From Candidatus Heimdallarchaeota archaeon (GTDB lineage Archaea > Asgardarchaeota > Heimdallarchaeia > JABLTI01), in contig DXJV01000035.1 in assembly GCA_019056785.1 (NCBI GenBank), positions 1-20,630 of the forward strand: 20,630 nucleotides of DNA, given 5' to 3'. The notes under the pieces are model-generated. The model made no database searches, was not told where the DNA came from, and worked only from the letters and a program-made list of their open reading frames with translations. Position 1 is the stretch's first letter, and every line of letters starts with the position of its first letter. Below are positions 16,532 through 20,630 of this stretch, piece by piece. Both the position numbers and the translations under genes were made by a program.

Positions 16532-17896
16532 TCAGTCTTCTTCTGTAGGGTGTACTCTCTCTTCAGAAATTTTAACTTTGCTTTTGAGTAATTTGCCGGT
16601 TCGTGCTTTTAAGATGATATGGCCTTCATCTTTTACATGTGCACCATTTACAAAAACATGTTTCAATGTTACTGCAGAGTGGAACCCATCAAAAGGGGAC
16701 CATTTAGCTTTTGACTGGAATTCTTCGGCTCTAATGATAGTCTTTTCTTTGGCAAGAACAATTACATCTGCAAAATTTCCTGCGAGTAACTCACCTCGAT
16801 CCGCTACCCCTAAAAATTGGGCGGGATTTTTTGTTAACTTTGGAATTAGCCCTTCAAAAGAAATTTTTCCTTTAAATGCTGCTGTAAACATAAGTGGAAG
16901 TAACGTTTCCAATCCTGCTATGCCTGAAGCAGCATGTTCGAACTCACAAAATTTCTCCTTGTATCGATGAGGGGCATGGTCCGTTGCAATTATTTTTATT
17001 TTATTTTCTATGAGGGCTTGCCAGAGTGCTTTTTGATCCGTAGTGGTTCGCAAAGGTGGAAGGCATTTTGCTAGTCCCTGCTGTTTTTGCAACTCTTTCT
17101 CTGTTAGAAAGAGATAATGAGGACAAACTTCACTTGAGAGGTTTGTTTTTTTGGAATACTCTTCTAAAACGTCCGTAGTTTTTTTAGAGGAAATATGCGC
17201 ACAATGTAAACGAGCCTTGCTCTCCTCATTTAATATAATAAAATCCTTTAATGCCTGTGCTTCTACTTGTGGTGGATGCGCTTTCAAAAAGGCGGCTATT
17301 GCCGGAAGGTTGGATGAATAAAGTTCTGCTTCTTTCTCAGCTGCATTGGCGGCATCAGCATGGATGATTAATGGTAAACTTGTTAGAGCAATTTTAGCCA
17401 TATATTGTTGTAGCTGTTCATCTTTCTTGTGTGGGTAAAGGGTTGCTGAAGGATAAATTTTGAACCCAAAAATGCCTCCTCTTGCTAATGAAAAAATTTC
17501 CTCGAGGGTTTCAGGGAGAAGGGAGTAAAAACCAACATTCACCGCCGCTTTCCCAACTACCAATGCTTCTTTCTTTTTTAATTGTTTGAGAGAATTCATA
17601 GCTGGCTTGTTATTGGGCATATCAACAACTGTCGTCACTCCGCCGGCAAGTGCAGCCTTAGTTCCAGTTTCCACCGTCTCTTTCTGTTTCTGGTCAAAAT
17701 CCCGCAGATGAACATGAATGTCAATTAATCCCGGGAGAATTAATGCTCCTTTTACATTAATTCTCAAAGAAGCTTTAGGAAGGGAGGGCTCTTTTCCAAC
17801 TTTGAGGATACTCTCCCCCTCTATTGCTATACCTCCTTCCTTAAATCCTTCAGAGGTGAAGATTTTCCCATTAACTATGGTTAAATCAATCGTCAA
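16532..17896 (-). CDS. pyrC: Dihydroorotase-family cyclic amidohydrolase
   Basis: PGLIDIHVHLRD, GGVTTVVDMPNN, GFKIY, HIS, EVCPHYL, PPLR, IATDHAPH, GIAGLET, SKAKWSPF. An allantoinase-like function is not excluded. Confidence 0.8.
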   Translation of the reverse strand: MTIDLTIVNGKIFTSEGFKEGGIAIEGESILKVGKEPSLPKASLRINVKGALILPGLIDIHVHLRDFDQKQKETVETGTKAALAGGVTTVVDMPNNKPAMNSLKQLKKKEALVVGKAAVNVGFYSLLPETLEEIFSLARGGIFGFKIYPSATLYPHKKDEQLQQYMAKIALTSLPLIIHADAANAAEKEAELYSSNLPAIAAFLKAHPPQVEAQALKDFIILNEESKARLHCAHISSKKTTDVLEEYSKKTNLSSEVCPHYLFLTEKELQKQQGLAKCLPPLRTTTDQKALWQALIENKIKIIATDHAPHRYKEKFCEFEHAASGIAGLETLLPLMFTAAFKGKISFEGLIPKLTKNPAQFLGVADRGELLAGNFADVIVLAKEKTIIRAEEFQSKAKWSPFDGFHSAVTLKHVFVNGAHVKDEGHIILKARTGKLLKSKVKISEERVHPTEED

Positions 17897-17965
17897 ATTG
17901 GAACCTCAGCGTTACTAGTGTAAAGTCTAAATTGCCGTGAGAAAAAAAGGAGCAACCCTCCCGTT

Positions 17966-18769
17966 TTAGATTTTCTCTTCAGCAACCAAACGAGTGATAT
18001 CAGTTAATGTGATCAGTCCCACGAGGTTTTCATTATCATCAACAACAAATATGCCTTTATATTTGGTTTCTTCGAAAATTTCTGCTGCCTTGCAAAGTGG
18101 TTCTTTCGCATTAATTGTTGGTGGGTCTGTTTTCATAATATTTCCAACGTAGAAGTCGTGGATTCTGTTTTTTTGATGCTTAATAGGGACTTGTTCTCGG
18201 AACCGAGCTAAAGCATCTGCAAGGGATTCATCATCTATTATCCCCACTATTTTTGTTCCGTTCATTACAGGTAAAATGCTGAATTTTTTCTCCATCATAA
18301 TGTTTCTGGCAGCAATTACCCGTTCGCTTTCGGTGATTTGTATGACTTCTTCTATCATAATGTCCTTTACTTTAATTTTCTTACAGTTTTTAAGTAGTTT
18401 AATAAAATCAATCTTTTTCAAGAGCCCTTTAATGTTGCTCTCATCTTCCATCACTACCAGACTTGAGATTCTATTCTCCAGCATTATTTTCGCAGCATCA
18501 ACAACATCCGCGTCAGGGGCTATAGAAATAATGGGATAGGACATTGCAGCTGAAATGTGCATTGATTTCGGGGAAATTCCTTCGGTTTTATGGGAACCCA
18601 TTCTATTAGCAACATCTCTGAAGGAGATAACGCCAATGACTTTATCATCTTGGGTTACAATTAAACGCCCAACGTCTTTCTTTTTGCGCAAGATGCTCAG
18701 AGCATCAATTAATTTCTGATCCTTGTCAATTGTTATAAAATCCGTTGACATTATTTCTGAGACTTTCAT
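17966..18769 (-). CDS. Four-CBS-domain protein
   Basis: Repeated VxxIM...(L/F)xV...GII motifs, four times. Confidence 0.9.
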   Translation of the reverse strand: MKVSEIMSTDFITIDKDQKLIDALSILRKKKDVGRLIVTQDDKVIGVISFRDVANRMGSHKTEGISPKSMHISAAMSYPIISIAPDADVVDAAKIMLENRISSLVVMEDESNIKGLLKKIDFIKLLKNCKKIKVKDIMIEEVIQITESERVIAARNIMMEKKFSILPVMNGTKIVGIIDDESLADALARFREQVPIKHQKNRIHDFYVGNIMKTDPPTINAKEPLCKAAEIFEETKYKGIFVVDDNENLVGLITLTDITRLVAEEKI

Positions 18770-18861
18770 GTATCGTCCTCCAAAATTCTTTCACTCTTTA
18801 TTATCTCTTTTTCTAATTTTTTTCCTAATTCAATCTTCCTATTACTATAAACCTTTCTTAC

Positions 18862-19476
18862 TTATTTATACAGGTCGTTATAACAATCGCTACAAATTGG
18901 CTGATCATCTGTGTCATACAACGGCGAACCTTCACAATACTCACCACAGTGGGAGCAATAGAAACCCAAAGAAAGGCCTGAGTGCTCTTCATCTTCACTC
19001 TCTCTGTCCAACGCTTCTTCCATATCATAGTCAAAAGGACCTTCTGTTGCTTTATTGCCAAAACCAATTTTTTCATATTCAAACGCTATTTCTAAAAGGC
19101 TTGGGGCAACATGGAGCAGATCGCGATAGGTTACAATTCCAACACAGAGATTGTTTTCAACGATAATTAATCGCCGGATGTTCATTCTTGCCATAAGTTC
19201 CATTGCTTTGGTAAGTTCCATTGCCGGTGAAGCGGTGATAACGGGTTTGGTGGCTATCTCAGCAACAGTTGTTTTTGCCGGGTCTTTTCCTTCTGCAACA
19301 ACACGAGTAACAATGTCGCGTTCGGTGAGGATTCCCAGGGGGTTCTTATCTTTGGTGGAGCCTTTCAAGATGATACTTCCTACCTTATTTTGTTTCATAA
19401 GTTGAGCCGCTTTCCTTACTGACTCGTTCGTGCTAACAGCGATAATGTTGGAAGTCATGATGTCTGCGAGAACCAT
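18862..19476 (-). CDS. CBS-pair protein with C-terminal Zn ribbon
   Basis: LADIMT, GILTERDIV, IRRL, GIVTYRD; C-terminal CSHC...CSDC. Probable start is MVLADIM at 19476 (ORF extends to 19521). Confidence 0.88.
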   Translation of the reverse strand: MVLADIMTSNIIAVSTNESVRKAAQLMKQNKVGSIILKGSTKDKNPLGILTERDIVTRVVAEGKDPAKTTVAEIATKPVITASPAMELTKAMELMARMNIRRLIIVENNLCVGIVTYRDLLHVAPSLLEIAFEYEKIGFGNKATEGPFDYDMEEALDRESEDEEHSGLSLGFYCSHCGEYCEGSPLYDTDDQPICSDCYNDLYK

Positions 19477-19904
19477 TTTTAACCGTGAGTGATTATTGGA
19501 ATCGTTACGCATGTTGTACAACCCTTCTATGAAGTTCTTGTTACTATTATTTCGTTATTATTATAATAAACTGTTGTGAAGGAAATTAATTTTTTAGCCA
19601 AAAATTGTTAAAGAAGTAAAAAAAACTGTTTTTTATTTCACCTTTTCAGCGAAAATTCGTACGTTTTAGAAAGATTTTTTGCTTCGAGATGCCTATCATA
19701 AGCTCGTGTCAATGAAGAAATCTGACAAGATGACTCAGGAGTAATTGCTTGGCTAGCAACCTGAAAATGATGGATCATAGTTACTCTGAGACACACAAAT
19801 AAAATCCGTTCTAATTAATCTCCCCTTTTTTTATTTACATCTCAAGATTATTCACTCTAAACACCTTTTTGTTCTTCACTACAAACTTGTTGAGAAAGAG
19901 AAAT

Positions 19905-20051
19905 TGGTGTCGAGGGCGGGCTTCGATCCCGCGGCCTCCTGATGTCCCATCAAATCTGGCCCTTTATTTTTTCGATTTGATTATGAGTCAGGCGCCCATT
20001 TTAGCAAATGAACACGCATGGACATCTGAAACCAAGCTAGGCCACCTCGAC
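19905..20051 (-). tRNA. tRNA-Met(CAU), elongator type, with two BHB introns (D-loop ~19999-20029; canonical 37/38 at 19944-19981) and encoded CCA
   Basis: Minus strand reads GTCGAGG TG GCCT AGCTTGGTT [31-nt intron] T GGGC G CCTGA CTCATA [38-nt intron] A TCAGG AGGCC GCGGG ATCGAAG CCCGC CCTCGAC A CCA, giving a 78-nt mature cloverleaf. A31-U39 and the lack of three G-C anticodon-stem pairs point to elongator Met. Confidence 0.9.
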
Positions 20052-20228
20052 ACGGCAGCTAAAATGGTTACCATTTTGTTTTCATACTCCATTTTAAGCA
20101 TTTCTCTTTTTTCGATAAAACCGGCATTTCTTCAAAACAAGAGAAAAATTTTTACCGTTAAACCCATTAAATTCTTATTAGGCATTCTATTTAATTAATC
20201 AATAATTAATATGTGAGAATTGATAAAT

Positions 20229-20630
20229 TTGACTGAAAAAAAACTAACGAAAGAAGAACTTCTGAAAAAGGCCGAACAACCTAGTAAAGAAGCTATGAAA
20301 TTGCATCCCTATTATCAAGGGAAGATGCAGACAGTGCCTAAGGCCGCTGTCTGGGGATTCGATGCTTTTAGTGTGTGGTACACTCCAGGCGTCGCAAAAC
20401 CTTGTTTAGCAATAAAAGAAAACAAAAACGAGGTCTACCGTCATACGAATAAGGGAAATATGATCGCTGTTGTTTCTGATGGCACACGTGTTTTAGGGTT
20501 AGGGGATATTGGCCCCGAAGCAGCAATGCCTGTGATGGATGGAAAAAGCCTTCTCTTTAAATATCTAGGTGGTGTTGATGCAGTCCCTATTTGTTTAGAT
20601 ACAAAGGATCCGGAAAAAATCATCCAAACC
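20229..20630 (+). CDS. NAD(P)-dependent malic enzyme (3'-partial)
   Basis: Not in the ORF track. TTG start: MTEKKLTKEELLKKAEQPSKEAMKLHPYYQGK...WYTPGVAKPC...TNKGNMIAVVSDGTRVLGLGDIGPEAAMPVMDGKSLLFKYLGGVDAVPICLDT. Confidence 0.93.
   Translation, partial: MTEKKLTKEELLKKAEQPSKEAMKLHPYYQGKMQTVPKAAVWGFDAFSVWYTPGVAKPCLAIKENKNEVYRHTNKGNMIAVVSDGTRVLGLGDIGPEAAMPVMDGKSLLFKYLGGVDAVPICLDTKDPEKIIQT

Noticed and set aside
19745-19790. Hammerhead ribozyme (CUGA followed by a hairpin in a three-way junction)
   Set aside because: The core reads CUGAAAA rather than CUGANGA, and the GAAA element is missing.
19905-20051. Initiator tRNA-Met or tRNA-Ile2(CAU); tRNA as an integration site
   Set aside because: G1-C72 and the CCUGA/UCAGG stem fit elongator Met. 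I saw no integrase or duplicated tRNA 3' end in the window.
19869-20198. 109-aa + strand ORF
   Set aside because: It is antisense to the tRNA-Met gene and has no protein features.
1-20630. CRISPR array, IS element, intein or defence system
   Set aside because: I saw no regularly spaced repeats, transposase motifs or intein signatures; nrdD and topo IB are uninterrupted.

Overview
Archaeal chromosomal segment, probably Asgard-like. The evidence is a eukaryote-type topoisomerase IB, 7TM membrane proteins with longin-like C-termini, PlsY and DegV genes, TATA/BRE promoters, GGTGA-type RBSs and a tRNA with BHB introns; the taxon is an inference. Left to right: 3' end of glmS; a class III ribonucleotide reductase locus; topoisomerase IB; a HicB/DinB-like protein; an SDR; DegV; a divergent PlsY; two paralogous 7TM-longin proteins flanking a putative winged-helix protein and an AbrB-ACT regulator; AMMECR1; Mut7-C; a dihydroorotase-like enzyme; two CBS proteins; a two-intron tRNA-Met(CAU); and the start of a malic enzyme. 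The RNR locus is the highlight. A complete NrdR repressor is fused in frame to the NrdD catalytic barrel. The glycyl-radical loop and half of the C-terminal Zn site sit on a separate 80-aa protein. Two promoters have the same layout, an archaeal TATA box followed by tandem bacterial-type NrdR boxes 31 bp apart; one precedes nrdR-nrdD and the other precedes a redoxin-nrdG pair. Together this suggests a self-repressing anaerobic RNR with a replaceable radical subunit. All calls come from manual motif reading; no searches were run.
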